Below, one piece after another: positions 22,873-34,522 of a DNA stretch of 64,000 bases (positions are counted from its first letter, which is position 1; the number at the start of each line of letters is the position of its first letter). Made by a program: the position numbers and the translations under genes. The stretch is from Tubiluchus corallicola (lineage: Eukaryota; Animalia; Priapulida), in NCBI GenBank assembly GCA_030141605.1, contig JAQGDQ010000189.1, positions 62,001 to 126,000 of the forward strand, in the 5' to 3' direction. The notes beneath the pieces are model-generated. The model was not told the DNA's origin. It worked only from the letters and a program-made list of their open reading frames with translations, and searched no databases.

Positions 22873-23934
22873 TTATGATAAGGCTTTTACTATTTTAGTC
22901 TCTTCCTGTCTGTTTTTTTTTTCTAGCTCTTTCCACACCAGTGCACTTGCCCCTACTATAGCGGCTGACCCTTTTTTAAGGCTGGAAGGAAGTATCTGCA
23001 CTTTATTACGAAAAATAGGCAGTACATGTTTCTCCAGGCTTGCTTTTGTTGGTTTGAAGATGTAGTCGCCTGCTGCTGCTGCTCCACCAAAAAGGAAAAT
23101 AGCTTCAGGGCTCAGGTGACATACAGTATCGGCTAGTCCACGCCCAAGTAGTTCCCCTGTAATCTCAAAAACCTCTTTTGCGATGGCATCTCCCTTCTCA
23201 GCCTCTTCGAAGACAATTTTTGAGTTCATGTCGTTAAAAGGTATTTGTGCTAACCTGCTTTTGCTATCATTATATTTCGCCAAAAGTTCATACACCGTTC
23301 GTTTTATACCTGAGGCAGAGCAGTATGCTTCGAGGTGGCCAAGCCCTCCACATCCACATACTCTCCCTCCCGGAACAATAGTGGTATGTCCACACTCTCC
23401 GGCAAATCCGTCATGTCCGTAAACAAGATCGCCATTAACAATCAGCCCGCTACCCAGTCCGGTACCGAGAGTGATCATAACAAAGTTTTTCATGTTCTTG
23501 CCACCACCATATATCATTTCGCCGAGTGCAGCAGCATTAGCATCATTGGTAAGCTTCACTATACCTACTTCCGGAAACATAGCCTGTATGCGTTCGGTAA
23601 AGTTTATAACGCCTTTAAATGGGAGGTTCGGAGCATACTCTATTGTACCGCTGTAATAATTCCCATTTGGGGCACCAATACCGATACCTTCAATTTCTAT
23701 ATTGGGGTCAATTCTGTGGACTGCGTCTATGGCGTTCTTAATTTCCGTAACAAGAGTATTGGTATAGGTATTCAGGATTTCGTCAGATTTGCTCTGACTT
23801 CCTGTAGGGTTCTCCTTTTTTTGAGGGGTCTCTATTTGCGGTTCTTTTTTATGTAAAAGATTCCCTTCTCTGTCGACAACGCCTATATCTGTGGTAGTGC
23901 CTCCTATGTCTATTCCTATTGATATTTTTTTCAT
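22873..23934 (-). CDS. ROK-family sugar kinase (glucokinase-like)
   Basis: GIDIGGT, NDANAAALGE, TLGTGLG, GE.GH, CGCG..GHLE. Confidence 0.92.
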   Translation of the reverse strand: MKKISIGIDIGGTTTDIGVVDREGNLLHKKEPQIETPQKKENPTGSQSKSDEILNTYTNTLVTEIKNAIDAVHRIDPNIEIEGIGIGAPNGNYYSGTIEYAPNLPFKGVINFTERIQAMFPEVGIVKLTNDANAAALGEMIYGGGKNMKNFVMITLGTGLGSGLIVNGDLVYGHDGFAGECGHTTIVPGGRVCGCGGLGHLEAYCSASGIKRTVYELLAKYNDSKSRLAQIPFNDMNSKIVFEEAEKGDAIAKEVFEITGELLGRGLADTVCHLSPEAIFLFGGAAAAGDYIFKPTKASLEKHVLPIFRNKVQILPSSLKKGSAAIVGASALVWKELEKKNRQEETKIVKALS

Positions 23935-24055
23935 CTACTTTTAATTTTAAACTAAATTATAGTAAAACAAGCACTAAGTCTATCCTTAATTACCCTGTAC
24001 CTGCTTTTCATTTTTATGCTATATAATTTTATGTACATCCCTTGTAGCTATACAA

Positions 24056-25411
24056 CTAGCGCAATTTACTTCCTTTTACAGCAAAGAAGAGGATATAGGC
24101 GTAACATAATACGGGGACAAAAAATGCCCATGAATAGTCACCTGCATCTGCGATTCTTCCCATCAAAAGGGGTACTACGGCGCCACCCACTATAAGGCTA
24201 TTTATAATACCGGATGCTGAAGACATCTCCGCTTTATCAAGCCCTTTTACGCTAAGGGCAAATATGTTAGGGAACATAACAGAATTGAAGAACCCTATAG
24301 AGATTACAGTCCATAAAGCAACATTGCCTTGACTTACGGCTGTAGTAAGTGCCAGTAGGGCAGCCACTATTGCAAACACGGCAAGTGTGCGATGTGGGTT
24401 CCCATATCCAAGCTGCATAACGATACCGTTGATTACTGCAATAATGAGAAAATAGAATCCATCACTCCAACTCCACCCTGTTACAAATAACCCGGATACA
24501 AAAGCAAGAACCAATATTCCTGCTATATACATATATTTTTGCATTTTGTCTTTAATCCCCAAATGCATAACAGATCCAAAGAAACGGCCAACCATAGCTC
24601 CACCCCAATAAATAGCAACATATTTTCCTGCTATTTTTTTTTCGATACTCAACTCACCCTCACCCAAATAGTTGACTAATATACCGGCTATCCCTACTTC
24701 AGCACCCACGTAAAAGAATATTCCCAATGCCCCCAAAAGTACATGAGTGTGCTTCCAAACATTTTTGCGCTCACTTTTACCCGACTCCTTTCCAATTTCC
24801 GGAAGCTTTATGGCAAGTAGGATAAGTATAATCAAGACAATTATTGCCCCCATAAGCATAAATGGCATTTTAACACTTTCCGCATCTCCTGCCGCACTAA
24901 GTGCTTCTCCCGCCCCTTTAAAAACTGCAACAGATATAATCCATGGAGCAACCATAGTTGCGACTGAGTTAAGCGCCTGCGTGAGATTCATTCTTCCTGC
25001 GGAGGTCTCTTCGGAACCTAGCGCTGCTGCGTAAGGGTTTGCTGCTGTTTGCAGCAAAACTACACCTGTCGCCAGTACGAAAGTGGCAATAAGAAAGAAC
25101 ACAAATGAAGGAGCCGTCGCCGCAGGAAAAAATAAGAAGCTTCCAATAGCCATAAGGACAAGCCCCAGTACCAGTGACATCTTATACCCCATCTTCTTGA
25201 TTATTTTCCCGCTTGGAATAGAGAAAATAAGGTATGTGATGAAAAATGCAGAAGATGTCAGCTGTGCTTCAAATTCAGACAGCGTAAACACATCTTTTAT
25301 CTTAGCACTAAGAGTTATGATAAACGTTGTAGCAAAGCCAAATATAAAAAATATCGAAGCTATTACACTCAGTCCAAGGCCGTAGTTAATTTTCTTATCG
25401 TTTGTTGACAT
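24056..25411 (-). CDS. Sugar MFS transporter, FucP/GluP family
   Basis: LQ.AANPY, R.NL.QA.NS, F.YVGAEV, YW.GAMVGRF, S.MFP.IF.L. Confidence 0.9.
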   Translation of the reverse strand: MSTNDKKINYGLGLSVIASIFFIFGFATTFIITLSAKIKDVFTLSEFEAQLTSSAFFITYLIFSIPSGKIIKKMGYKMSLVLGLVLMAIGSFLFFPAATAPSFVFFLIATFVLATGVVLLQTAANPYAAALGSEETSAGRMNLTQALNSVATMVAPWIISVAVFKGAGEALSAAGDAESVKMPFMLMGAIIVLIILILLAIKLPEIGKESGKSERKNVWKHTHVLLGALGIFFYVGAEVGIAGILVNYLGEGELSIEKKIAGKYVAIYWGGAMVGRFFGSVMHLGIKDKMQKYMYIAGILVLAFVSGLFVTGWSWSDGFYFLIIAVINGIVMQLGYGNPHRTLAVFAIVAALLALTTAVSQGNVALWTVISIGFFNSVMFPNIFALSVKGLDKAEMSSASGIINSLIVGGAVVPLLMGRIADAGDYSWAFFVPVLCYAYILFFAVKGSKLR

Positions 25412-25722
25412 ATTAAAACTATTAAATGTTAGTAATTAATCAATTAATTTAAATAATATGGAATCATAGTCCGACTATCTATCGTGCTATCAGCCTGACT
25501 AGTGTAAATCTTTAATTTTTATTATATAAGCCTGCTTTTAGATAGAGATAGTTTATAACTATGAAAAATAGTTAACAAAGGTAAATCTTTTTATTGAATA
25601 CACATAATGTAAATTTGCTAAATTTTATTAAAATATTAGCAATATGGAGTATCTATCTGGTATGGAATTACATACATCTATACCAAATACCAAACTATTG
25701 TTCAGAAGCAACTTGCAAACTA

Positions 25723-26223
25723 TTATTCCGGTTTTTCCTCTGGCTCGGGTGTTGGTGCTTCAGGTACAGGTAAGTTATCTTCTTTGCCAACTATATAGGC
25801 TCTTTTAAGCCCCTTAGAATAGGCGAGCTCAAATTTTCCGTAGATGTTTATGCTTGAAGCATCTCCGCGCACCACTTCTACTTCAATAGAATATTCGGGT
25901 GAAAGTCCGTATTGTATGGGAAGTTTAACTTTTTTATCGAGTTCTGTGGCGCTTTGATTTTTATGTGAATATGTTATGTCCCAATAAGAGTCTGAAGCAT
26001 AGTCATCTATATTTTTGTCATATTCGGGGTGGGCCTCTGCAAAACAGTTTACTTTTACAATAATAGTAGCGTTTTCATCTTCCTCCTGAAAAGGTTCAAC
26101 GCTGTGCGATATCTGAATAAATGGCTCCGCAAGGTTCGCAGGAATAGTCTGTTTTTCACATGAACTGCCAAATAGTAGAATAGATATAAAAGCAGTAACG
26201 CACAGTATCCCTCTAGTTTTCAT
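25723..26223 (-). CDS. Hypothetical lipoprotein
   Basis: Signal peptide with lipobox (FGSSC), Pro/Glu-rich tail; no family recognised. Confidence 0.6.
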   Translation of the reverse strand: MKTRGILCVTAFISILLFGSSCEKQTIPANLAEPFIQISHSVEPFQEEDENATIIVKVNCFAEAHPEYDKNIDDYASDSYWDITYSHKNQSATELDKKVKLPIQYGLSPEYSIEVEVVRGDASSINIYGKFELAYSKGLKRAYIVGKEDNLPVPEAPTPEPEEKPE

Positions 26224-26513
26224 ATTCCAGATATTATATAAATAAGTTATGGATATCCACCATATCCTCGAAAGCGAAAATTAATTCAGCTGCAAGTTAA
26301 AAATTAAAATTATTAACAGGCTAAGTCGCTCCTCTCATTTTAAAAGAGAACTTAACAGTCATATGAGTTTGTTGTATAAAACATTTACTGTTTTGATGCT
26401 GAAATTAACATGGCTATTCCCTATATTTGACGGTACGCTTTAAATGGGAGCAGTGAGGCGTAATATTTAAAAAAATAAAGAGATTATCTGTTCTTTTGAA
26501 AAAAGTAAATCTG

Positions 26514-27344
26514 ATGAGAAAATTAAGACAAATAGTGACATGCTCAACTTTAGCGACACTTGTGGCATGTGGCAGCAGCAAACTAAAAGATGTTGATGGT
26601 GCTGTGGTTTCTATGCAGACAGAGTATGGAAAGGTTCTCATACATCTATATAATGAAACGCCAAAGCATCGGGATAATTTCTTAAAGCTTGTGGAAGATG
26701 GCTACTACAATGGACTTCTATTCCACCGGGTTATTAATAACTTTATGATACAGGGAGGGGATCCCGATTCACGTAATGCCAAACCTAATCAGCCATTGGG
26801 GCGTGGTGGCCCCGGTTACACTATTGAGGCAGAGTTTAACCCCATGTTCTTTCATAAAAAAGGGGCTTTAGCTGCTGCACGACAGGGAGACAGTGCCAAT
26901 CCTGACAGAAAATCATCCGGCTCACAATTTTATATAGTGCATGGGAAGAGTGTCAGCGATGCGGAGTTGGACATGTTGGAGGCGGGTGTAAAAAACAAGA
27001 GAGCAGACTTTATAATGAAGCAGCTGCTTAAAGATAAGAGTGATTCGTTACACGCCCTACAGTCGCAAAATCGTCATGATGACTATGCCGCATTTATGGA
27101 AAAAGTAAAGAGTGATGCGTCTGAGTTAGCAGAGCAAGAGCCGAAGTTATATTCTGCCAAGCAGCGTGAAGCATATAAAGCGGTAGGGGGAACTCCTCAC
27201 CTTGATGGAGCTTATACCGTATTTGGAGAGGTTTTGGAGGGGCTTGATGTCGTTGATATGATAGCGTCAGTACAGACAACACCGGGTACCAACCGTCCAC
27301 TGAAAGATATAAAAATGAAGTTTAAGATAGTGAAAAGAGAATAA
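26514..27344 (+). CDS. Cyclophilin-type peptidyl-prolyl isomerase, lipoprotein
   Basis: Lipobox LVAC; FHRVI..FMIQGGD, GSQFYIV, HLDG.YTVFG. Confidence 0.92.
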   Translation: MRKLRQIVTCSTLATLVACGSSKLKDVDGAVVSMQTEYGKVLIHLYNETPKHRDNFLKLVEDGYYNGLLFHRVINNFMIQGGDPDSRNAKPNQPLGRGGPGYTIEAEFNPMFFHKKGALAAARQGDSANPDRKSSGSQFYIVHGKSVSDAELDMLEAGVKNKRADFIMKQLLKDKSDSLHALQSQNRHDDYAAFMEKVKSDASELAEQEPKLYSAKQREAYKAVGGTPHLDGAYTVFGEVLEGLDVVDMIASVQTTPGTNRPLKDIKMKFKIVKRE

Positions 27345-27374
27345 AACCCCATCTATCACAAACACACGGGCAAG

Positions 27375-28334
27375 GTGATAATGAAAACGGATATTGAGCG
27401 ATGCAGGCTCACAGAGCAGCAAGTTAAGGCAGCAAACATGCCGCCTTTTCTTAAAAACAGAGATAAGGTTGCTATTGTGGCTCCTGCAGGCATGGTTGAA
27501 AAAAAAGTAGTGGAGATGGGTGTAGGCCTCTTGGAAAAGGAGGGTTTTGTTGTCTCTGTCGGTAGGCATGTGTGTGATGTGTACGGGATATTTGCCGGCA
27601 GGGATAGTGACAGGGCTTTGGATATGCAGCTAGCACTGGATAATCCTGAAATTAAGTGCATCTTTTTTATGAGGGGGGGGTATGGTAGTTTGCGCACACA
27701 TACGCACTTAAACTGGGAAGGCTATTTTCGCAGCCCTAAATGGCTTGTAGGGTTTAGTGACATCACTGTCTTTCACTCGTTTCTTGCAAATAGAGGCATC
27801 CCTTCTATTCACGGTGTAATGCCGGCGTTCTATGAGAAGAAGGGGGTGGTAACAGAGAGTTTTTCAGCAATGATAAGTTTGTTGAAAGGGGAAGTTCCAT
27901 CATATAGCTTTCAGCGACATGATCTAAGCCGTAAGGGAATGGCAGAGGGTGTGCTCACAGGTGGAAACCTTTCTGTTATTCAAAGCCTGCGGGGAACAGG
28001 GCTGGATTTTAACCCTGATGGGAAGATACTTTTTATTGAAGATATTGGCGAATACTGCTACCACATAGATAGAATATTGTTAAATCTAAAGGAGGGTGGA
28101 GTTTTGAAGAGGCTATCAGGAGTAGTGGTGGGCCATTTTTCAGAGATGAAAGATGGAAAAGTCTCGTATGGGAAAGATACGTATGAGATTATTCGTAATG
28201 TAGTAGAGCAATACAGTTTCCCGGTTGCTTTTGGTTTTGAGGCGGGGCATGAGCTTCCAAATTATCCGTTACTTATGGGGATGAAAGCGAGGCTGGAAGT
28301 TAAACAGGGAAGGTGCTCCTTGAGTTGGCTGTAA
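27375..28334 (+). CDS. LD-carboxypeptidase (peptidase S66)
   Basis: RGGYG, GFSDIT, GGNL, FIED, GH; start uncertain. Confidence 0.9.
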   Translation: MIMKTDIERCRLTEQQVKAANMPPFLKNRDKVAIVAPAGMVEKKVVEMGVGLLEKEGFVVSVGRHVCDVYGIFAGRDSDRALDMQLALDNPEIKCIFFMRGGYGSLRTHTHLNWEGYFRSPKWLVGFSDITVFHSFLANRGIPSIHGVMPAFYEKKGVVTESFSAMISLLKGEVPSYSFQRHDLSRKGMAEGVLTGGNLSVIQSLRGTGLDFNPDGKILFIEDIGEYCYHIDRILLNLKEGGVLKRLSGVVVGHFSEMKDGKVSYGKDTYEIIRNVVEQYSFPVAFGFEAGHELPNYPLLMGMKARLEVKQGRCSLSWL

Positions 28335-28352
28335 TATAACAAAACGGTAGTA

Positions 28353-28721
28353 ATGGTATCGACAAGGGCATTTGGCAGACAAGGCGAAGATGTTGCCTGT
28401 AGCTATCTGGAAAGCAATGGATACTCTATTTTGGAGAAAAACTGGTATTTCAAACATAAAGAGATAGACATAATCGCCCGAGACGGAGATGAGATTGCTA
28501 TTATTGAGGTAAAGACGCGGGAAGGGAGTCCTTACCAGAGTCCATTGGAGTCTGTAACCGCATCGAAAATCCGGAATATAGTCACTGCTGCTGAGGAGTG
28601 GCTTCAGATAAATAATATAGAGATGGAAGCAAGATTCGACATTATCACTATTGTGTATAGCGATGCAGATAAGTTTGAACTTGTGCACCTAAAGAGTGCA
28701 TTTACCCCTAGTGTGGAATAA
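28353..28721 (+). CDS. yraN: YraN family putative endonuclease
   Basis: G..GE..A..YL, EIDIIA, EVKTR, RFDI. Confidence 0.92.
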   Translation: MVSTRAFGRQGEDVACSYLESNGYSILEKNWYFKHKEIDIIARDGDEIAIIEVKTREGSPYQSPLESVTASKIRNIVTAAEEWLQINNIEMEARFDIITIVYSDADKFELVHLKSAFTPSVE

Positions 28722-28824
28722 AACATAGAAGCTTTTTGTGGATATTAATATTTTTGAAAGTTATAGAGGCAGATTGGTGTAAATGTTGTGTTTGGTAAGC
28801 ACCTTTAATTATAAAAGCAAGACT

Positions 28825-29034
28825 ATGGAGTTTCATTTAGGTGGAAATGAATTTATTGTATTAATACAGCTTCTAAAAATAATGGATGTAGCTGAGTCAG
28901 GGGGGCAGGCCAAACTAATGGTAGAAAGAGGAGAAGTTACTTTGAATGGAAGCACAGAGTTTCGAAAACGGGCTAAACTAAGGGTGGGGGATAGGGTAGA
29001 GGTGCTTGGACAGAATATTAAGATACTGGCGTAG
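28825..29034 (+). CDS. S4-domain RNA-binding protein (YaaA-like)
   Basis: I.L.QLLK, SGG.AK, E.RKR.KL..GD. Confidence 0.85.
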   Translation: MEFHLGGNEFIVLIQLLKIMDVAESGGQAKLMVERGEVTLNGSTEFRKRAKLRVGDRVEVLGQNIKILA

Positions 29035-29144
29035 CCGGGGCACGCAGCTCGAAAATATCTACCTGTATGACCGGGGAGAACCTAGGTCTTCTTGCAAAGG
29101 CCTAGAAATATAATTACTGACTGAATAGTTGCTACAAAGCTGCT

Positions 29145-30425
29145 CTACCACGCAAAGATAGGATAGCTACTAATAAATTCATTTACCCTGCCTTTTACTT
29201 TAAGGATAGCACTTTCATTATCAATGTTGCTAAGCACTTCATCAATTAGTTCAACTATAACAAGCATCTGCTCTTTTTTTAACCCACGGGTTGTTATGGC
29301 TGGTGTTCCCAGTCTCAGTCCGGATGTCTGAAACGGAGTTCGTGAGTCAAATGGCACCATATTTTTATTGACAGTAATATCTGCATCTCCCAGTATATTT
29401 TCGGCTCTTTTACCTGTAATTTCGGAAAATTTAGTACGCAGGTCTATCAACATTGAGTGGTTGTCGGTTCCTCCCGATATCACCTTATATCCCTTGTTTA
29501 CAAATGCTTGTGCCATCACTCTTGCATTCTCCTGCACTCTTAGCTGATACTCTTTATACTCTGGCTCCAACGCTTCTCCAAAAGCGACAGCTTTTGCGGC
29601 AATAATATGTTCCAAGGGACCGCCTTGTACTCCGGGAAATACAGAAGAGTTGAGCAGAGAAGACATAGTTCTGGTTACTCCTTTTTTTGTTTTAATTCCC
29701 CACGGGTTCTCAAAATCCTCTCCCATAAGAATGATTCCACCACGTGGACCTCTGAGGGTCTTATGTGTTGTCGAAGTCACAATGTGGGCATGTTCTATGG
29801 GATTATTAAGTAGTCCTGCAGCAATAAGACCTGCCGGGTGTGCCATGTCAACCATGTAAATGGCCCCTATTTTATCTGCAATACTACGCATTCGCTGATA
29901 ATCCCACTCCCGCGAATACGCTGATGCTCCGCCTATGATAAGCTTGGGTTTCTCTTTTAGGGCCATCTCCTCCATCACATCGTAGTCAATCATCCCGGAA
30001 TCTTCTTCAACACCATAATGTACAGGCCTGTACATTATACCTGAAGAGTTTACATGTGAGCCGTGAGAAAGGTGCCCTCCGTGAGAAAGATCCAGGCCCA
30101 TAAAAGTATCTCCCGGCTTTAATACTGTCATGAGTACGGCCATATTTGCCTGCGCTCCCGAATGTGGCTGAACATTTGCATATTGAGCACCGTACAGCTT
30201 TTTAATCCTTTCAATTGACAGTAATTCAGTCTCATCTACAAACTTACACCCCCCATAGTACCGATGTCCAGGGTACCCTTCTGCATACTTATTGGTCATG
30301 CAGGAACCTGCTGCTTTCATAACCTGCTCAGAAACAAAATTTTCAGAAGCAATCAGTTCAATTCCAGTAAGCTGGCGCTCTTTCTCTTTCTCTATAATAT
30401 CAAAAACCTGTGTGTCCGTTCTCAT
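29145..30425 (-). CDS. glyA: Serine hydroxymethyltransferase
   Basis: [37 protein letters not shown]. Confidence 0.98.
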   Translation of the reverse strand: MRTDTQVFDIIEKEKERQLTGIELIASENFVSEQVMKAAGSCMTNKYAEGYPGHRYYGGCKFVDETELLSIERIKKLYGAQYANVQPHSGAQANMAVLMTVLKPGDTFMGLDLSHGGHLSHGSHVNSSGIMYRPVHYGVEEDSGMIDYDVMEEMALKEKPKLIIGGASAYSREWDYQRMRSIADKIGAIYMVDMAHPAGLIAAGLLNNPIEHAHIVTSTTHKTLRGPRGGIILMGEDFENPWGIKTKKGVTRTMSSLLNSSVFPGVQGGPLEHIIAAKAVAFGEALEPEYKEYQLRVQENARVMAQAFVNKGYKVISGGTDNHSMLIDLRTKFSEITGKRAENILGDADITVNKNMVPFDSRTPFQTSGLRLGTPAITTRGLKKEQMLVIVELIDEVLSNIDNESAILKVKGRVNEFISSYPIFAW

Positions 30426-30521
30426 GTTATTAAGTTTACTTTACTAGCTGTGTTGTTAAGGCTTTGGTTCACAAATGTAAGAAAAATCGCTTCCTGTATA
30501 AAATAATAAAATGAAAGTGAT

Positions 30522-32306
30522 TTACATATTCTCTTCCGATAAGTTTACTAGCATATCTCTGTAAGCAACAAATATTCTTGATTTAGATATGAAGCCCACA
30601 TACTTGCCGTGCCTGGTTACAGGCAGGTTCCATGCTCCGGTTTTTTTAAACTTTTTCATCACACTATCCATCTTCTCTTCTGCAGAAATGGTGCTATCCG
30701 GAACAATCATTATGTCGATAACATATGTGCTGTCGTATATTTCGCGGTTAAACATTATTTCTCGTATGTCATCCAGAAAAACAAGCCCTTTAAAGTTATT
30801 TTCGCTGTCTACTACCGGAAAAATATTCCTTTTGGACGACGATATAACTTTCACGAGATCTGCCAGCTTTGCTTTAACATCTATAGTGCATAGATCGGTT
30901 TCTATTACATCTTTTATTTTCAGGAGTGTTAGTGCTGCTTTATCCTTATCGTGAGTAATTAGTTCTCCCTTGTTTGCCAGATGCTTATGGTAAATAGAGT
31001 GCGGTTCAAATGGCATACTTGTAAGGTGAGACAGTGCTGATGTTACCATTAGGGGTATAAACAGGCCATAGCCTCCGGTTATTTCAGCTATAAGGAATAT
31101 GGCTGTCATGGGTGCATGCATGACCCCTCCCATCATTCCAGCCATCCCTACCAGTGCAAAGTTTATTGCCGAGACAGATGGGGAGTTGAAATTTATCACA
31201 AGCGCAATGAGATAGCCGGTCAAAGCCCCTATAAATAATGTTGGCGCAAAAATACCTCCTATGCCTCCTGCTCCTGTTGTAGCTGCCGTTGCTATAATCT
31301 TCAGAACAATTAGTGTTGAAAGCAATGCAATTAAGGCAATTCTACTATCTGAGATATCCTTAAACAGGGAGACCTCAAGCAGGCCCTCACCTTTCCCATT
31401 CAGCAGTTCATTAATAGTAAAATACCCCTCACCCCATATAGAAGGAAACAGGAAGACGATCACACCAAGCATTGCTCCTCCTATCACTATTCGGTGAATG
31501 GTTTTTGGCAGCTTTGCATATTTACTTTCTATATATATGACACTTCTTGTAAAACAGGTAGAGATGCCACCACACGCTACGCCCAAAAGCAGATACCAGC
31601 CGATGTCATTAATATCGAATGGTGAATTGACTGCAAAGTTAAACAGGTGTGCGCTCCCCATAAAAAAATAGGCAATAGAGGCTGCTGTAATAGCTGATAG
31701 CAGCAATGGAAGAATAGAGACCATTGTGAGATCAAGCATAAGCACTTCTATAGCAAATAAAACCCCTGCTAAAGGGGCTTTGAAGATTCCTGCTACCGCA
31801 CCGGCAGCACCACAACCAATCATTAAGGTCATTTGCCTGTAGTTCAAGCGGAATAGACTGGCCATATTTGAGCCTATTGATGAGCCGGTAAGCACGATAG
31901 GTGCCTCTGCTCCAACAGAATTGCCAAAGCCAATAGTTATAGTGCTGGCAACTATTGAAGTAAATGTATTATGCAGCTTTATTCGGCCTTTGCGCTTTGA
32001 GATGGAATGAAGGATTTTTGAAATACCGTGGCCTATATCTTCCTTCACTATATACTTTACGAAGAGAGTTGTAATTAAAATTCCTATCATAGGATAGGCA
32101 ATATATTTATAACTTATCCTTCCGACAAGGTAAAAGTCGTCTGTTAGGAGCTTTTCAGCAAAATGAATTCCATGCTTAAGTAAAATCGCAGCTATGCCGC
32201 TCAGCAAGCCAATAAGTATGCTAAGAGCATAGATAAATTGACGCTCAGAAAAGTGTTTTAATCTCCACCTTTGAAACTTATCAAGCGATATAATTAAGCG
32301 CCTCAT
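30522..32306 (-). CDS. ClC chloride channel/antiporter with CBS domains
   Basis: GHGI, GAEAP, GIF.APL.G, GGIFAP, C-terminal CBS pair. Confidence 0.92.
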   Translation of the reverse strand: MRRLIISLDKFQRWRLKHFSERQFIYALSILIGLLSGIAAILLKHGIHFAEKLLTDDFYLVGRISYKYIAYPMIGILITTLFVKYIVKEDIGHGISKILHSISKRKGRIKLHNTFTSIVASTITIGFGNSVGAEAPIVLTGSSIGSNMASLFRLNYRQMTLMIGCGAAGAVAGIFKAPLAGVLFAIEVLMLDLTMVSILPLLLSAITAASIAYFFMGSAHLFNFAVNSPFDINDIGWYLLLGVACGGISTCFTRSVIYIESKYAKLPKTIHRIVIGGAMLGVIVFLFPSIWGEGYFTINELLNGKGEGLLEVSLFKDISDSRIALIALLSTLIVLKIIATAATTGAGGIGGIFAPTLFIGALTGYLIALVINFNSPSVSAINFALVGMAGMMGGVMHAPMTAIFLIAEITGGYGLFIPLMVTSALSHLTSMPFEPHSIYHKHLANKGELITHDKDKAALTLLKIKDVIETDLCTIDVKAKLADLVKVISSSKRNIFPVVDSENNFKGLVFLDDIREIMFNREIYDSTYVIDIMIVPDSTISAEEKMDSVMKKFKKTGAWNLPVTRHGKYVGFISKSRIFVAYRDMLVNLSEENM

Positions 32307-32673
32307 TCTTCTTCAAAATATTTCAAACACCTCATAAATAAATGGCATACACGTTTTTATGGTAAATATGCTAAGAAGCTTTTATGAATGTATATATATA
32401 ACAATAAAATGCAGTAATTATTTAATAAAAAATGGCAACCTGAGATTTTTGCGAAGCTCATCTTTTTATTAATATTTTCGTCAAAATCCTTATTTAATTA
32501 GTAAACTGTGGCTCTTCTCCGGATCATTTTTCAGCCTGAACCAAAGTTTTTCATCGTGCAAAGGTCTCAAACTGCAAAGTGGAAAGAGTTGGTTTTACAG
32601 CCTCAAAAAACAAACTACATGCATAGTTTATTTTTGTATTGCCACAGCTTAGTGCGCAATATTAAGCAGGCGG

Positions 32674-32895
32674 TTAATACTCATCTTCATTAAAAAAGAA
32701 GTCATCTTTGCTGGGATAATCTGGCCAGATATCTTCAATTGATTCATAAATTTCCCCTTCATCTTCAATCTCTTGCAAATTTTCAATAACCTCTAAAGGG
32801 GCACCTGAGCGGATACTAAAGTCTATCAACTCATCCTTAGTAGCCGGCCACGGGGCATCCTCTAACCTTGAAGCTAACTCTAATGTCCAATACAT
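32674..32895 (-). CDS. DUF2795 small acidic protein (conserved in Bacteroidota)
   Basis: MYWTLELAS.LEDAPWPATKDELID...DFFFNEDEY. Confidence 0.92.
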   Translation of the reverse strand: MYWTLELASRLEDAPWPATKDELIDFSIRSGAPLEVIENLQEIEDEGEIYESIEDIWPDYPSKDDFFFNEDEY

Positions 32896-32957
32896 AAATT
32901 TACCGCTTTCATATTTTTTGCGATTATAATAAAAAAAACCTTTCTATCGCTTAAAAA

Positions 32958-33530
32958 TTAAATATTTTTTTCAGGTGTCCACAAGGTTTCTTCAGTTTGG
33001 TTATTACTTGCTGTTTTTCTTGCCAGAGCAAACATATAATCCGACAACCTGTTTATATACTTTAGCATCATATGGGGTAGCCTGAATTCCTCACTAATCT
33101 GGCATATACGGCGCTCAGCTCTACGGCATACCGTTCTGGCTAGGTGGCAGTAAGAGGCTACAACGTCCCCTCCAGGCAGAATAAATTTATCTAAAGGGGG
33201 GAGCAAACTCATAATTTTATCTATTTCAGCCTCCATCTCCGCTATATCCCCATCGCAGCATTGGTGTTCAGAAGAATCACCATCCTCGCAGTTGTCAGTT
33301 GCCAATATTTTCCCAATGATGAAAAGCATACCTTGCACCTTCTCAAGAAATTTTTTATCGCCAGATGGAATATCTTGTGAACGAACAAGCCCGACCCAGG
33401 AGCTCAGCTCATCAACTGTTCCATAAGCCTCCAGTCTGCAATCATACTTAGGGACCCTTGCTCCGCCTAATAGCCCGGATACCCCGTTATCGCCTTTGCG
33501 GGTGTAAATTTTTCCTGCTGTTTTTTTCAT
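32958..33530 (-). CDS. ATP:cob(I)alamin adenosyltransferase, PduO type
   Basis: KIYT..GD.G, EAYGT.DEL, F.LPGG, R.VCRRAER, Y.NRLSD. Confidence 0.92.
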   Translation of the reverse strand: MKKTAGKIYTRKGDNGVSGLLGGARVPKYDCRLEAYGTVDELSSWVGLVRSQDIPSGDKKFLEKVQGMLFIIGKILATDNCEDGDSSEHQCCDGDIAEMEAEIDKIMSLLPPLDKFILPGGDVVASYCHLARTVCRRAERRICQISEEFRLPHMMLKYINRLSDYMFALARKTASNNQTEETLWTPEKNI

Positions 33531-33721
33531 CGTTAAAGTTCAAATCCGCATTTACTCTATTATTACTTTGTTAAAACTCTCTTAAAATCCTCATCTTTAT
33601 AACAGCCGATCAAGGGTTTTATCAAATTTTTCCTCAACCTACACTAAAATATTTCACCTTGCAAAAGTTTAATCTAGTTTTTGTAGTCTACCCGAGAAGC
33701 GGAAAAACCGAGAAGGCATCT

Positions 33722-34522
33722 TTAAAACCTTAGTACAAAACTCTCTTTTTGTAGATTTTCTCTGAAAATGGCAATGCCTATACCAAACAGGTCTAGTGAT
33801 AATCTCACCTCTTCGTGCATGACAAACTTTTTCCATCCGTTTTTCATTTTTCTGGAATTATTTATGCCACACACCACTACTACCATCTCTGTGCGCGCAC
33901 GCTTTATCAGTTCTCTGGTAACAGATAGTGTTTTTTCTGCCGAATTGGGGTAGTTAACAACGATAAACTCATGCTCTACATTTTTGGAGAAGTCAGGGGC
34001 ATCATTTTTCCCTATCTCCACATTTCTAATTCCTGCATGCTTTACAAAGCTGCCTGCAATCTGCTTACAGGTTGCATTGTTGGGAAAGTAACTCACTTTT
34101 GTATTACCGCCACAAGCAAGAGCTGGATATAACAAGTTCATTCCTGATGAAGCTCCAAACACACCTACGCCGTTGGGTAAAAATTCATTAACTAGACGAA
34201 ATATCAGCCTGCCATACCTGGGACTGATATCACTTCTCCTGTCGAGTTTTTTTACTCTTATATTTTTTTTGGTACCTGTGTTGCTTTTCCCGCCCCTAGC
34301 AACGCTTTTCATTACGTTGCCTGTAGACAGCCGGCTTATCTCTCTGTTTATCACCTCATACTCTCTGTATCTGTTTTCATTTCCTATAACATTGGATATA
34401 AGGCTGAAAGCAAATGGCGAATGGATACCATGCCCATGTCTGTGGCGAGCGGTAACGAAGTAGCCTATATAACTAAAAAATTTATGAAAAGGCATCTGTA
34501 AATTATTACTTGCTTGCATCAA
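33722..34522 (-). CDS. Divergent class I SAM-dependent methyltransferase-like protein
   Basis: HG.HSPF N-terminus, G.L.FRLVN and D.F..GI..F C-terminus; SAM motif I degenerate. Confidence 0.65.
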   Translation of the reverse strand: MMQASNNLQMPFHKFFSYIGYFVTARHRHGHGIHSPFAFSLISNVIGNENRYREYEVINREISRLSTGNVMKSVARGGKSNTGTKKNIRVKKLDRRSDISPRYGRLIFRLVNEFLPNGVGVFGASSGMNLLYPALACGGNTKVSYFPNNATCKQIAGSFVKHAGIRNVEIGKNDAPDFSKNVEHEFIVVNYPNSAEKTLSVTRELIKRARTEMVVVVCGINNSRKMKNGWKKFVMHEEVRLSLDLFGIGIAIFRENLQKESFVLRF